From: Vicugna vicugna
Lineage: Eukaryota
Direction of reading: 5' to 3'
Assembly: GCA_013265495.1 (NCBI GenBank)
Contig: MU058034.1
Coordinates: 124,001-188,000 of the forward strand
DNA: 64,000 nt
Of this stretch, positions 39,711 to 53,849 are shown piece by piece. The notes below the pieces were generated by a model that did no database searches, was not told where the DNA came from, and saw only the letters and a program-made list of their open reading frames with translations. The stretch's first letter is position 1. The number at the start of each line of letters is the position of its first letter. A program made the position numbers and the translations under genes.

Positions 39711-42700
39711 GTAAGTAATGAATAATTAATTACTTTAATCATTTCAGTATTGTTTAGAATGCTCTCTCTGCATACATATCTGTCTTGTCCTCAGCTTCAG
39801 CACTTGCAAAGCCTTTCAGGTGAAAAGCTAGGGCTGAGATATCATTAGAATCAGTTGATCTATCGGTAGAAAATACCCATGTGACCATCTGCTTTGTTTT
39901 CTCCCCATTTATCCTTTTCAGTAAATGAATAAATGTGTTTCTAAGAATAATACTTCCTTGCATGACTGTTTATTCCAATGTTTCCTGTGTAGGCTTAGCC
40001 AGACAAATGCCAAGATTTAAAAAAAATGTTAATCTAACCCCAATTATCCTAACTTTTTCTCCCCCTTTACTTTTCATTCTTTCTGACTTCTTTCAAATTC
40101 TGTTGTGGTTTTCCAGATCAAGCAGAAGGCAGGCTTTATAAAACTGGCCTTTGGCTGAGGTTGGTGTGTTTTGATTTAATAATTTGGGATTCTATCAGTG
40201 TCATTTCCCTTCTCCAGATTCACTGTTTGGCCTCAAAATGTTCAGATAACTGAATGTATTTATTTTGCTCTTACAAATTCATATGAACTTTGTCTTTGTG
40301 ACAAATTCAGTCCTCTTCAGGTTAAATTTAGCTATGATAACTTGTTAAGTGACAATGAATTAGCTATTGCAGATGTTCAAAATCTAGCTATCAAACACCA
40401 CTGAAAAGTAGTGCATAGTTATGTGATCACTGTTTTATATAGTCAGAAATTCAGTGTGTTGCCTATTAGATGAGTTCATATGATGAATAGACACATTATA
40501 AGGCCTCATAAGACCTATGCAAATTAAAAGGATGAGCAAATCATCAGATACTTTTTGTAATTATTCCCACTTGTACATTTGGAATAAATACTTAATCTTC
40601 ATGTTAATTACAGGATGGCCAGGTAAAAGAGATGAACTGAAAACTTTTGTTGTTAAGTGTTTTTATTTAATAAGAAAAAAATGTTCATGGAAATCATGAA
40701 GTGATTATGTATGTATGTATCTGTTTGACTAAATTAAACCAACCAGCTGATTAACATTTTTTGAATGACATTTTTTTGTTTTTAAATGAATTAGTTAATT
40801 CACTGATATTAGGGGAACAGCTCCTCTGAATACAACTCTTTATAATACTTGAGGAATCCCAAGGAAATATAAGACATAATGCTTATTTTCTAAGAATACA
40901 GATTTCCTTGGAGGAGATCATGCTAACCCTCCTGAAAAAGTTGAACAAACAGTATAGAGCAGTATCTATTATTTCTTAATTAGATGGTCTTAGGGATACC
41001 AGAGAAAGGGCTAAGGAATCACTGAGAGAGGCTGAAATCAGTAGCAGAGAAGCCCTCCACATGGGATAGGACAGGAGGCAGAAAGCAGGAATGGGTATTA
41101 ATGACAGGGTATGCTATGATTTGCTGATTAAAGTCAAAGTGAATTAATTTCATTACGACTCATTTGGAGACCAAAATTAAATGCATTTTTCTATTTGTTT
41201 CCTTTATCATGAAGTAACACTTTTGATGAGGAGCATAGGCCTTTGGTGGTCAAGCAGTTAAGTCAGGAATAGACACTCAGTTTGTGACTGTCTGGTTGTG
41301 TGACTGTTCCTTACTGATCATCTCCTTACACAAGCTAATGAGGTCTTTCCTCTGGTCACTAATTGTCTATTTTTTTCCCAGCATTTATTCTTTGCTTTCC
41401 TAGTCTCTACAATACTTCAAAAAAGAAACAAAACAAACAAAACCTTTTGGTTATTATTCCATTTTGTTGGTATTTCATACTTCACACCAACCCCATCTCA
41501 TTGTAATTTTTCTCATATGTTGATTAATGCCATTTTATCTTTATGCTTTTATGTTTAATCTTTTAAAAATCATTTCAAGATCTATTTCTAATCTGCTCTG
41601 TGTTGGCCATGACTCTTAATTACCACCGACTCATATTTAACAAATACTCTTTTTTACTGATTGTCTACGATTCACAAACTCCCTAAAGACATTTATCTCA
41701 CAATACAGGTAATCAAACAATTTATAAGTCCTAGATGTGTCAGAATTCAATGAAGGGAGTGAGGATAAAGATTGGAATGCAGCTTATATTTGAAACTAGT
41801 TAACTCAGAACTGTAAACAAAAATACAAATTGCCATGATTCCAGCTGAATTCAAAGGAACTTATTTAATCCTTTTCTCCTCCTAACTCCAAGACAGCACT
41901 ATTAAACACAGTTGTGTTTTTAAGCTCATGCTAGACTAAAGTCTGGATATACTTTCTCTCTTAGGCCATTTTCTTAGGGGAAAAAATATCTTATCAGAGC
42001 ATAAAAATTGTATTCATGTGTATATTTTTATTGAGCAATTAGCAATATTTTAATTATAATTAATTAGGTTAGATCACTATGAAAAGCTTTGTAATAAAAT
42101 TGTAGCAGGCAATTAAGAACAAATATTATTTAAAACGTGATAACAGAATAGCCTGTCGTTTAATAAGACTTATTTTGCTAAAATGTGACTGCCAATTTAT
42201 TTTAAAAATTAAGATAACCTCACATAGTCATTTCCCTGCTTATGTACATTTTAAATATGAATAGTGGGCACTTTTAGCTATGTAATCATGGTTAGCAGAC
42301 ACTATGAGTAACAATGATATTGGCCACGGTTGTCAAAAATAAAACAAAAGTAAATCATTTTCCTGAAATAATTGTCTTAAGGCATTCTTTTGGATTGAAG
42401 ATAATTGGACTTCTAATGAAGGAGGAAATTAAAGGGTATATAACTTTTTGAAGAGGAATTATGTAAAAAAACTGATTTTAGCCCCCAAACTGCTCTTAAT
42501 CATTTCTAAGTGTTTGGAAATGTTATCTCATAAAACCAGAACTATTTCAAACAAAAGCTCATTCACAGTGTCATAATGAGGAAAATGTTTCATAACTATT
42601 AGCTGTATCCTTTCCACTGTCAATAATTTGAATATCACCAGTGGTCTTGGCAGAAAACACCAGCAGTCATAAATAGTTCTATCAAATCACTTTTTGAGAT

Positions 42701-43334
42701 TAGAGAGGGATTGTAAACATGATTCCAAGCCATATGCTTAAACATTATTAAGATTAAAAAATAAGAGCTTATGCACCAATATGGAAAGGGAAACTAAGTG
42801 TCTGTAGGCTTTAAAAGGTATGCTGCAAAATAGCCTAAGACAAAGAGAGGGAATTCATATATAGCAGCAGAATGATTCCAAGGAAAATGTTACCTTCACA
42901 TTTTTTGCTCCAACTATTTATTTATAGGTCATTATGAAATGGTTGTTTTGACTAGAACCAAGCAATATTTTTGGACTTACCATACATAGAGATAGCATGA
43001 GTTGATTTGCATACTACTGTAGAATTTTTACTTATTGAATTTTCACTTGTTCTGCCACTGAATATTTGGGATGCGGGGATAGATAAAAATCTTTGTATCA
43101 CCATGAAATCAAGGAACTTACTTTCTAATTCATGTTTGAAGAAAGAGCTGAACTATGGGGGAAAAAAATGCAATGGCACAAGCCAACAATTGTTGGATAA
43201 AGGCAACCAAAATTTCACCTCTTAAAATTTGAAATCAAGAAAGGTTATCAGATTTTTGACTAGCCAGGTGGTATCACATGCAGGCTATAATCATGGCAAA
43301 TGTATTTGTTAAAACACTGGCCTCAGACAAGGCA

Positions 43335-46020
43335 TACAAAGACGTCAGAGTTGGAAGACCCTGAGCTCACCTCATCTCATGGGCACGCCAAAATTACAAT
43401 TTATGGAGCAACGATTGATGAGAAAGATCAGAACCTAGAAGAAAAGATCTTCCACAAATAAAGACAAAGAAGGAACCACAAGATGAGTAGAAGGAGCAGA
43501 ATTATGGTATATTCAAGATCTGTACCCTCCGGAAGGGCAATCCACAAACGAGAGAATCATTACAGCTGCAGAGGTTCTCCCCAAGGAGCAAAGGGTCTGA
43601 GGCCCACATTGGGATCCCCAGCCTGGGAGTCCTGGAGCAAGAAGATGAGTCCCCTTTGAAGGCCAGAGAGGCTTACTTTCAGGAGACCCAGAGGGCTGTA
43701 GGAAAGAGTCCACTCTTAAACGGCACACATAAACTCTCACAGCCTCAAGGACCCAGGGCAGAAGCAGTGATTTGAAAGGACCATGGGTCAGACCTACCTG
43801 CTGATTTTCGAGAGTCTCCCAGAGAGACAGAAGGCAACTTCAGCTCACCCTGGGGGCACAGACACTGGCAGCAGCCATTTTGTGGAGCTCATGCTATCAT
43901 GTGGACACCGATGCTGTCAAGGGACATTTTGGAATCCTCCCTCCAGCTTACTAACCTTGGGACTCAGCCCTGCCCCCACCCACCAGTCTTTAGGCACCAG
44001 TACTGGGACTCCTCAGGCCAAGCAACTAGCTGGACAGGAGCGTAGCCCTCACATCAGCAGACAGGCTACCTTAGGATCCCTGAGCCCACAGCTGCTCTGG
44101 ACCCAGCCCTGGTCTCAGACCCACACACCAGTACACAGACACTAGACCCAGGACCCCTAGGACCCTGCAGCCAGAGACTCTGGGACCCAGCTCCATCTAC
44201 CAGTGGGCAGAAACCATCTGGGTCCTGGCCCCACCTACCACCAGCTAGCTCTAGCCTTGGAACCAGCCTCACCCAACAGTGGTCTGACACCAACTGTGGG
44301 ACACCTGAACCCTGAATCCAGAGACCCTAGGACCCAGCTCTGCCTGCCAGCAGGATAATACTAGCTTCACGACCTGGCTTTACTCCACTGGTGGGTGAAC
44401 ACTAGCCCTGGGAATTTTTTGGACCCCAATTCCGCCCACCAGTGGGCAGACACCAGACCCAGGAACACCACAGCCTCACAGCTTGCCTTTTCAAGACACA
44501 GCCAATACACCAGCAGACCAGCACCAGCCCTTTGAGCCCCTGGTCTCTGGCCCTGCCCACCAGCAGGCCAACTCCTGATCAGGGATACTTTGGGCAACTC
44601 AGCCAGCAGCCTCGGGATCCAACTCCACCCACCAGTGTGCTGATATCAGCTTTGGGACACCCAGGGCCCTGCATCCAGAGACCCCAGGACCTTTCTTTGC
44701 CCATCAGACAGCCAGGTCTAGCCACAGGACCTTCTGGACCCTGGCCCTCCCTTCAGGGGCCAACACCAACCCTTGGCTCCCCTAGGCCTCAACACAACCC
44801 ACCAGTAAGCCAACACAAGCTCTGAGATACCTTGGACTCCTCAGCCAGTTGCCTCATTGCATAGCCCCACTCACTAGCGAGCTAGTACCCCAGCTTTGGG
44901 ACACCCCAGCTTTGGGACACCCCAGAACCTGCAGTCAGCCATGTCAGGAACTGGCTCGACTTACCAGCAGGCCAACGCTAGATCCAAGAATCCCGGCCCC
45001 AAAACCATTCACCCCAGAACCTAGCTCTGCCCACCAGTGAGCCAGCACCAGCCCCAAGTTGGGGTTCTACACCCAGCCACCTCATGACATGGCCCCAACA
45101 ACCAGTGGCTGCCAGCACAAGTCAGGGCCTGACAACCAACCAAACAAGGGGCCAGCTGCACTTCCCAGACTGCCAAAGTACTCAGCCCACCACAACAGAA
45201 GAACCCATACAGCCAAAATAGGGGTCACCTCTAGAGCATGTAGCTCCGGTGACCAAAAGGGAGTATGCTATTGAGATGCATAGGCTGTCTCCTACAAAAG
45301 GCCACTTCTCCAAGGTCGGGAAACCTAACCAACCAACCAACTCTGGGACAACATCAAGGATAGTAACATTGACATTCTAGAGGTCCTAGAAGGAGAAGAG
45401 ATAGAGAAAGGGGCAAAGAATGTATTTGAAGACATAATTAGCTTAAAACTTCCCTAACCTGGGAAAGAAAACAGACATCCAGGTCCAGGAAGCACAGAGA
45501 GTACCAAACAGTGTCAACCCAAAGAGGAGCGTACCAAGACACATTGAAATTAAACTAGCAAAAATTAAAGATAAGGAGATGAATATTAAAAGCAACAAGG
45601 GATGGGGGAGTGTATAACTCAGTGATAGAGTGCATGCTTAGCTTGCACAAGATCCTGAGTTCAATCCCCAGTACTTTCGTTAAAAAAAAAAAAATCAGCA
45701 GGGGAAAAGAATAAATACAAGGGAACTCTAACTTTTCAGCACAAACTCTGCAAGCCAGAAGAGTTGCACAATATATTTAAATTGATGAAAGTGAAAAACC
45801 TACAACCAAAGAAACTCTAGCCAGCAACACTTCCATTCAGAGTTGAAGGAGAGCTCAGAATTTTATAGACAAGCCAAAGTTAAAAGAGTTTAGTACCACC
45901 AAACCAGCTTTCCAAGAAGAGTTAATGGGACTACTCTAAGTGAAAAAAGAAAATCCACAACCAGAAACATGAACATTATAAAAGTAAAAGGCTCATTGGT
46001 AAAGGCAAATTTAGAGTAAA
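43335..46020 (+). mobile_element. L1 5' half: GC-rich repetitive 5'UTR plus partially deleted ORF1
   Basis: Starts gagttggaagaccctgagctcacctc; repeated ccagagac/ggacccagctc/accagtggg subunits; ORF1 C-terminal half from ~45340 (ctctgggacaacatcaag...). Confidence 0.88.
45603..45692 (+). mobile_element. tRNA-derived SINE (Vic-1-like) nested in L1 ORF1
   Basis: ggggagtgtataactcagtgatagagtgcatgcttagc...gagttcaatccccag plus an A tail; degenerate TSD aaaagcaacaaggga / aaaatcagcagggga. Confidence 0.85.
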
Positions 46021-47287
46021 TGTATTTTGGATGTTAACCCCTTATCTGTCATATCATTTGCAAATATTTTCTCCCATTCAGTAGGTTGCCTTTTCATCTG
46101 CTGTGCAAAAGCTATTAAGTTTAACTAGGTCTCACTTGTTAATTTTTACTTTTGTTTCCTTTGCCTGAGGAGACAGATACCCCCAAAATATCACTGCAAT
46201 TTCTGTCAGAGTGCTCTGCCTATGTTTTCTTTTAGGAGTTTTATAGTTTCCAGTCTTACATTTGGGTCTTTAACTCATTTTTCTTTTGTGTATGGTGTGA
46301 GGAAATGTTCTAATTTCATTTTTTAAACGTGTAGCTGTCCAATTTTCTCAGCACCACTTACTGAAGAGACTGTCTTTTCTCCATTGCATATTCCTACCTC
46401 CTTTGTTGTAGATGAATTGACCATGGTGTGTGGGTTTATTTTCTAGGTTCTGTATTCTGTTCCATTAATGTATATGCCTGTTTCTTTGTACCAGTACTAT
46501 GCTATTTTGATTACTGTAGCTTTGTAGTATAGTCTGAAGTCAGGAAACTTAGTGCCTGTAGTTTTCTTCTTTTTCTTCAAGATTGCTTTGGCATTTCGAG
46601 GTCTTTGGTAGTTACAGAATTTAAGGATTCCATAATTTTAAGATTATTTGTTCTACTTCTGTGAAAAATGTCATAGGTATTTTGATAGAGATTCTATTAA
46701 ATCTGTAGATTGCTTTGTGTAGAATGGCCATTATAATGATGTTAATTCTTCTGGTCTTCTGTCTTGGATACCTTTCCCTTTCTTTGTATCATTTTCAGTT
46801 TTCTTCATCAGTGTTTTACACTATAGGTCTCCACTTCCTTGGTTAAGTTTGTATTTTATTCTTTTTAATGTGATCTTCAGAGGGATTGTTTTCTTGCTAT
46901 CTCTTTCTGATAATTAATAGTGTATAGTAATGCAGCCAATTTCTATATATTATTCTATATCCTGTAACCTTAGTGAATTCATTTATTAGGTCTAAATTTT
47001 TTTGTGAAGACATTAAGGTTTTCTATATATAGAATAATGTCATCTGCAAGTAGTAACAATTTTATTCCTTTCCTTCCAATTTATATGACTTTTATTTCTT
47101 TTTCTCGTCTGACTGTTGTAGCTAGAACTTCCAATATTAGGTTAAATAGAAGTGGTGAGTGGGCACCATTGCCTTGTTCCTGATTTTAGAGAAAAGGGTT
47201 TCAGCTTTTCACTCTTTTAAGTATGACATTAGCTGTGAGTTTTTCATAAATGGCCTTTATTATGTTGAGATATGTTCCATCTACACA
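46021..47287 (-). mobile_element. L1 ORF2 internal fragment (RT to C-terminal region), inverted relative to the adjacent 5' half
   Basis: ttactgtagctttgtagtatagtctgaagtcagg and ggcctttattatgttgagatatgttcc (reverse complement encodes GTYLNIIKA). Confidence 0.88.
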
Positions 47288-47677
47288 TTCTATTCTTTAT
47301 AAAAGAAATAATAAATAAAGATTCAATTCATACAGATGAATAACCTTACATATTTATATATACCCTTATATATTATTATTTTTTAAAGCAAAATTAACAT
47401 ATTCACATGGTAATTTCTCTTTGTTAGAAACAAAGCATTTATTTTTGTAAGCTCTCATTCAGTTTAATGCTATTTTTACAATTCTATGGCTTTCTTCTTT
47501 CTTACCTTTGGCTATGTACCATAATTATATATACCCATTAAATAGAAACATTTAATTGATATTTTATAAAATATAATATAATTAAGAATATAAATATTAT
47601 TCTTAATCTCCATCACTGACAGTTTTAAGAACAGTATAGTAAAGATGTTGGAAAATATATATAGTATATTGACCTAT

Positions 47678-47863
47678 ACAACATGGCTACTTAAATTTAT
47701 TTTTAAATTAATTAAAATCATATAAAATTTTAAAAATTCATTTTTAGTCAGAACAGCCACATTTCAAATGTTTAATATCCAGATGAAACCAGTGAATACC
47801 ACATTGGACAATGCTCATACAGAGCCTTTCCATTTTCACAGAGCATTCTTCTGCACAGTGCTG
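47678..47863. mobile_element. MER3-like hAT-Charlie MITE
   Basis: atggctacttaaattt...agccacatttcaaatg...attggacaatgc...cacagtgctg. Confidence 0.7.
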
Positions 47864-48229
47864 GCATATATGCATATAGAATAAAGAAAGTTTTTCTCCA
47901 TATCACTCAGTATTCCTTTCTGAAGGTAGGCATGTACATATTTGTCAAAGAATTTCTCCAGAAATATGTCTGTGGGTCTTCATACATCTGTACATAATAA
48001 ACAGTATATTTCAAAATACATACGCTCATGTGTGTGTGTATATTTAATTTCAGCTGCATGGATGGTCTACCCATTTCATCTTTAAACTTAACATATAACT
48101 TGAAGATCTTATTATATGAACCTTTTTGTTTTTCTCTAATACCATTTAATGGGTACATAGGATTCTCTTGCATAATCTACTACCATATATTCATTTCCTA
48201 TTATATTCCTGTAAATATACTTGGAAATC

Positions 48230-48560
48230 ATTTTTGGAATATATTTGTAAGTTAAATTCATAGCAGTTTTATTGCTGGGTCAAAAGAAATGTCAATTTGA
48301 AATTTAATATTTTCAACTTCCTTTAATCAGATTAACAAGCAATATTATATACTTGTTAATCTACTCTAGTTATCATTATACCAGCATTTTAAATATTATC
48401 AGTTTGGCTGATGAAAAATGGCACTTAATTGTTACATTGATTTGCAATCATTTAATTATGTCTGACATTGCGCATTATCCTGTCGTATGTGCATTGGCAA
48501 TTAGTCCATTTTGTTTTCGAGGAATTCCTTTGCATACGCTCTTTAAATTGGGATTTTGCA
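48230..48560 (-). mobile_element. Ancient L1 (L1ME-like) fragment
   Basis: attgctgggtcaaaag...gaaaaatggcacttaattgtt...ttgcaatcatttaatt. Confidence 0.55.
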
Positions 48561-49779
48561 AGTGATACCCATGTGTGGCAACATTTTTTTTTTTTGACAT
48601 GTTTCTACTTAGCCTGAATCTCACTGGAATCATTCATTCACCACCATTTCAAAAGTCCAGTGAAAAGATATTTTGTATTTCAAATTTCTTGTTAGACCTG
48701 TATCTATTATTCAGTGATCGAAGAAGGAATGAATAATGAGTGTTGGGGAAGGAGGAACAATGCGGGGAGTTGTGAGTAAATGTCTGTAATGAACTCACTT
48801 AGCTGTAAATACCTATTTAATAAACACCTGCCCCATAAAGTGTTAGAAATGTACCCCTAAAATTTTCCCTCAGTTTTCAAAGTGAAGTAAAATTAATGCT
48901 AAAAGAAAAAGAAAAGAAAAATGCAAACTGAACACATTCTCCATGCCTTAAGCTTAATCTGACCTTTATCTGGACATTTGAAGCTAATAATTAACATTTC
49001 TGAGAAAGGGGACAATACAAGAAATAACTTTTGACTTCAGACCTCTAAAATGCACATTTAGTAAATAATAATGCAACTCAAACTAATTCACCCTGGAGAA
49101 TATTTTTATATCCTTTCATTTTTGGAGAATTCCTAATGGAACTCCTAAGCACAGTTGAGGACACCCAAAAGGTTTTCAGTTGTGACTGAGGTGAGAATAG
49201 AAAATCCTTTTCTTACTTTAGAGCTGGGGATTTGGACACAAGACATTGAATCCGGAGGCAGTCCCTGATTATTCCTTATTGTCATTCCATTGGATTTGAC
49301 TTGATTTTACAGGACCTCCTTCTTTCCTCAATTAAGCAGAAAGTTCTGTGCCACCAGGGAAGTAAATCTGGAATTACTCTTTTCTTTTACTATTGCTCTT
49401 TATTTGGGCTGAGAAGGGTCATTTGTGATATCTCTGCTTGTTAAATGGATACTGACAAATGAGACAAATGGAGAATCAGTTTATTATTATGAATCTTGAG
49501 CATGAGGTGTAATAGTCCACCTGTTAATATACTGAAATTACTGATGTTCAAAGCTGAGAATCTGAATCTTGTTATTCTTTGTTTTTTTTAAATGAATTGT
49601 ATATTCAAATTCTTCCTCTGAATTGTCCATATCCTATAATTTTTGTTGTTTGCATCCTGTATCTTTTATAATCTCATGTTAAAATTAGAGATCAGAGACA
49701 GATATTTTAGCCCACTAAAGAATGCCAAGTAGTAAATGATAAATTCATGGTGAAAAGCATCTGTTAACTGAAAAATGTT

Positions 49780-50200
49780 AATTCAATTAATATAGAAGAC
49801 TCTTTCAATTCAGTTGAAAAATGAACAAAAGATACAAATACATCGTTCATAAAAGAAACACATTTTATTGATGAACAAATGAATAGATGCTTAACATAAT
49901 TTACAAACAGAAAAATGACTAACTAACAAAGACGTAGTTATTTTGCACCTACCCCATTGCCAGTTTCACTCTGATGTTATGAAGAATTGGAAAGAATGTG
50001 GAGAGCAGGGCCTCCATACGTTGCTAGCAGGAGTGTAATTTGTGTTTTTACTTTGGGTGACACTTTGTCATTATTGTGTGAACGGGACATTCCCATGCCC
50101 TACAACCCACAAATTTCTCCCTGGATGCATACCATAAGAAAACAGTTGCACGTGGGCATCAGGAGACAAGAACACAAAGGTCATTCAGTCATAGTTGCAA
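49780..50200 (+). mobile_element. Ancient L1 (L1ME-like) fragment
   Basis: gaaaaatgaacaaaagata...aatgaatagatgcttaac...gaatgtggag...cccatgccctacaacccacaaatt. Confidence 0.55.
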
Positions 50201-51571
50201 ACAGCTGGTGTTCTCTACTGAGCTTAGGATCTATCAGTAGACATTTCAGACAAAATGAACAGTGAAGAATGACTTTTAGCTTTGGACCATTGAAATGCAA
50301 GTTTAGTAAATGACAAACTTCAGTTCACTCTGGAAATTATTTTTATATCCTTGGATTTCTGGTGAATGTTTAACTCAGTTTGGTTATATATATATTTGCC
50401 TAAAATGACATATTATTTGGTTTTGGTTGGTTTTGAACTTTTAATAGAGGCATCCTGCAGTCTGTGATCTTCTTATATGTGCTTTTATCACTCAGCATTG
50501 TTACTAATTTGTGCGTATTTAAATTTGCTGTAGTTCACTAATTTTCATGACTACTATAGGATATTCCATTCTTTTATTTTATTTTCATATTATTATATGG
50601 TTTGTTATTATTTTCATACATTATGATGTTTTTCTTACATATCTGATATTCAAGTTAAAAATACATCTGTATTTTTAATGGCCATCTCTATTACGAATGA
50701 CACTATGTCAAGAGATAAAAGTTATTATTAATCTAATTCTGTGCATCCAAGGCCCATTAAGATGAATACAGCAAATATATGTTATACCATTTATACAATA
50801 ATTTCATCAAAGATAGAAGAGAGGAAAAAGTAGATATCAAACATGGTATTATTGAAGAATATGCCAGAATATATTAAATCTCAACAAGTAAATTTCTTTT
50901 TAGTTTCTAACCTATGTTCCCACTTGTTCTTTGGGATTATTATGGTAATGCTAAGCTAATGATGTCATACCAAATTTAAATGCGTCTTTGATCCATAAGA
51001 AAATTTCATCACTTCTCAATAAAATTTAATCTTTCAAGCACTAGTATTTTCCTATTTTTTCCATTTTTAAAGAAGTTTCAGCCAAGTTAAATTTTTTATT
51101 TTTTTAACAAAGCAATGTTGATCATTATCGTTTCTCCTTTTTAAAAAAATATGAAAATTGCAAAGCTCTTGTTAGCCATCTCCTGACCTATGCCAGATAT
51201 AAAATCACATTACTGGCATAAATACTTGAATTATCCGTGTCATACTTTAAAATATTAACTCTGTTAATTAGGTCTACCCTCTAATATTTACCTGATGGAA
51301 TATCAAAGCAAAAATGAACTTAAGTAATGTGTTACTGGAGAGACCTAGTCAACCTATCTTATCTTATAAGCATTATATTCTATAAATTATCATACGTCAT
51401 GATTAGGAAGACTCATCCAGAAATTCTAATGTGGTATTTTTTGGAACTTCTGTAACTTTTAATTTTTGTCTACATGCAGTATTCTTTAGTGCATTACATT
51501 CTTTAGCTGAATGTAATAGCACCATTCAAGAGAAAAATATGTTTGCAATATTGTGATTAGAAAACATTGAC

Positions 51572-51758
51572 ATCAATATCTTGTAGTAACCTATAATGAA
51601 AAAGAATATGAAAACAAATGTATATATGTACATGTATGACTGAAATATTATGCCGTACCCCAGAAATTGACACATTGTAACTGACACGTTATAACTAACT
51701 ATACTTCAATTAAAAATAATAATGCTTTTTAATTTTAAAAAATTAAAAATATAAAACA
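51572..51758 (+). mobile_element. Cetartiodactyl/camelid L1 3' fragment
   Basis: caatatcttgtagtaacctataatgaaaaagaatatgaa...ccagaaattgacacattgtaactgac...tatacttcaattaaaaa; same family as 25630-25956. Confidence 0.8.
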
Positions 51759-53849
51759 TGAAAACACTAAGAATTGGATTAGCACAACCAAGAATGTCAA
51801 AGGAATAATTTATGTAAATATGCAATTTATAGTAGCCCTCTTTCTCCAGCTGAAACCTTTCTAATTTGTTATATTTTTGAGTGGAGGAATATTGACATTC
51901 TTCTCAAAGTCACCTTGTTGGCCCTTTTTATTTTTTAAAGTTATTAATATAATTCAGAGACCATTAGTTTTCACCTTCTATTAAAAATTTAAAAATTGAT
52001 TTTTAAATGTTTTAGTGTATAGACAATGATCCAAATCAACAGAATATTAATTTGGCTGTTCTCATTTAGTGAGCAATAAAGATATATGTGAGGCATCCTA
52101 CATGGGTTAGTAAGTACTGATTCAAAACTCTTAAAAACTCCTACTTGTACTATGTTATTTTCTTCATTGAAGTTTTTTTAAATAAAATATTCCAGGATTA
52201 ATAAAATTCATGGTGCGAAGAAAAAAGAGAGATCATCTATTATGTTTATACAACGTTGATGTCCTAGGTATCAAGGAGAAATATAATTCAAACACTATTC
52301 TAAGTAATAGGATAGCTAAGAAAAGAGAACATTAAAAATACACAATAAAATTTTTGATTTTTTAAATCTTTGCATACAAACACAGTTATGGCTATAAAAA
52401 CAATCATGGCTTTATTTAGAGCTATAAGAGGAAAAATAATCTATTTGTCTCTTCCTTGCTTCTTCCATTTGAAGCCAGGTGGAGAAGGAGAGCCCATCTT
52501 GGGCATCACACCACAGCCTACAGTTTGGTTTGTCTTCTTTACTGCCTTCTCTTGATCTTCTGTTCCTTTTTATCAACTGGATAGTAACCATTCCCCTCCT
52601 ACCATCTACTTAAGGTCAACTGACTTTTGAAAACCTCTCCTCATGCTCACTTCATGGTCATTTCTGGACTGCATTGTAAAAGAAATTTATTCATAATATA
52701 TACTTACTCCTAATATATATACTTAATTGAAAAATTAATATTTTATTTTTCTAGAATAAGAGATGGCTTTTCTAAACATTTTTTGCAAGGTATTAGTAAA
52801 CTAAAAATGATATTAAGTAATGAGGGAAGTTATAGCCAATAAATTATATGTAAGGGGTGTGTGTGCGCGTGTGTGTTTGCGCATGCACGTGCTTGTGCAC
52901 ATATGTAGGGATTTTGGTTGGGTAGAGGGGGAGGGAGCAGGAAAAAAAGACCATAGGATCCTCAAAGACCGTTTTCATCATTCTTTATCTGTTGAAAATG
53001 AACCCACCTACCCTTTAAGACTTAGAGCATTCTCCAACTCAAGTTCTTTTTTTCTTTTTTGTAGAGATGCCAGTACATGTTTTTATCACCAGCTTGTTAC
53101 AAGATCTAGAATACTACTCACCTGAACTGCGCAGTTCTTAGGTGTCTGTCATTTCTCTATCTTAAGGCAACCAAGTCCTTTTACCAACTTCTCTTGCTTT
53201 TAACCCAATCTCTTACTCTCCTTTTGCTCAGTCCTTTCTCTGACTTAAGTCGTAAAAATGACTACTTTCTATTTTCTGGCACTTCTGACATTTAAGTTTG
53301 GGTTTAATGATTTCTTGCCATGATATTCAATATCTGACATCTTAGAATACCATCATTATCTATTTCTACCTCTAGTTATGATGTTTCTGACAAGAATGAA
53401 TCATTGCAATGGAGCCTCTTAATAGAAGCATTACTGTGGCAATAGATGTAAATTGAGGTTCTAAACAACCTAGAAGAGCAATCATGAAAGAGTGATCGAT
53501 GAACTGCACATATAATTATATACATATGACTCAGATGAATCACTTGCACTGGAAAGGACAGAGAGGGCTTAAAGGGGGAGGCTCTGAATGATATTTTAGA
53601 GAACTACTACTTGAATAAGGAGCAGGAAGAGGTGAAGATATTTACAGCAGGTGGAACAGGTTGAATAATAAAACAAAAGAAAGAAAACACATTTAACGAA
53701 TGAAAGTAATAGTAAACATTACTCATAATAACTACATTGTTACTGAATCCATCCGCAGTAGAATATGTTTTAGAGGTTCTGCTCCCTTTTTGATGAGACT
53801 GAACTTGCACTGAATGTAAACTTTCATCTAATACTCCGTAAAACTGATT

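Noticed and set aside
44040..45060. CRISPR-like or novel repeat array
   Set aside because: These are degenerate subunits of an L1 5'UTR in a mammalian genome, with no constant repeat/unique spacer structure and no cas genes.
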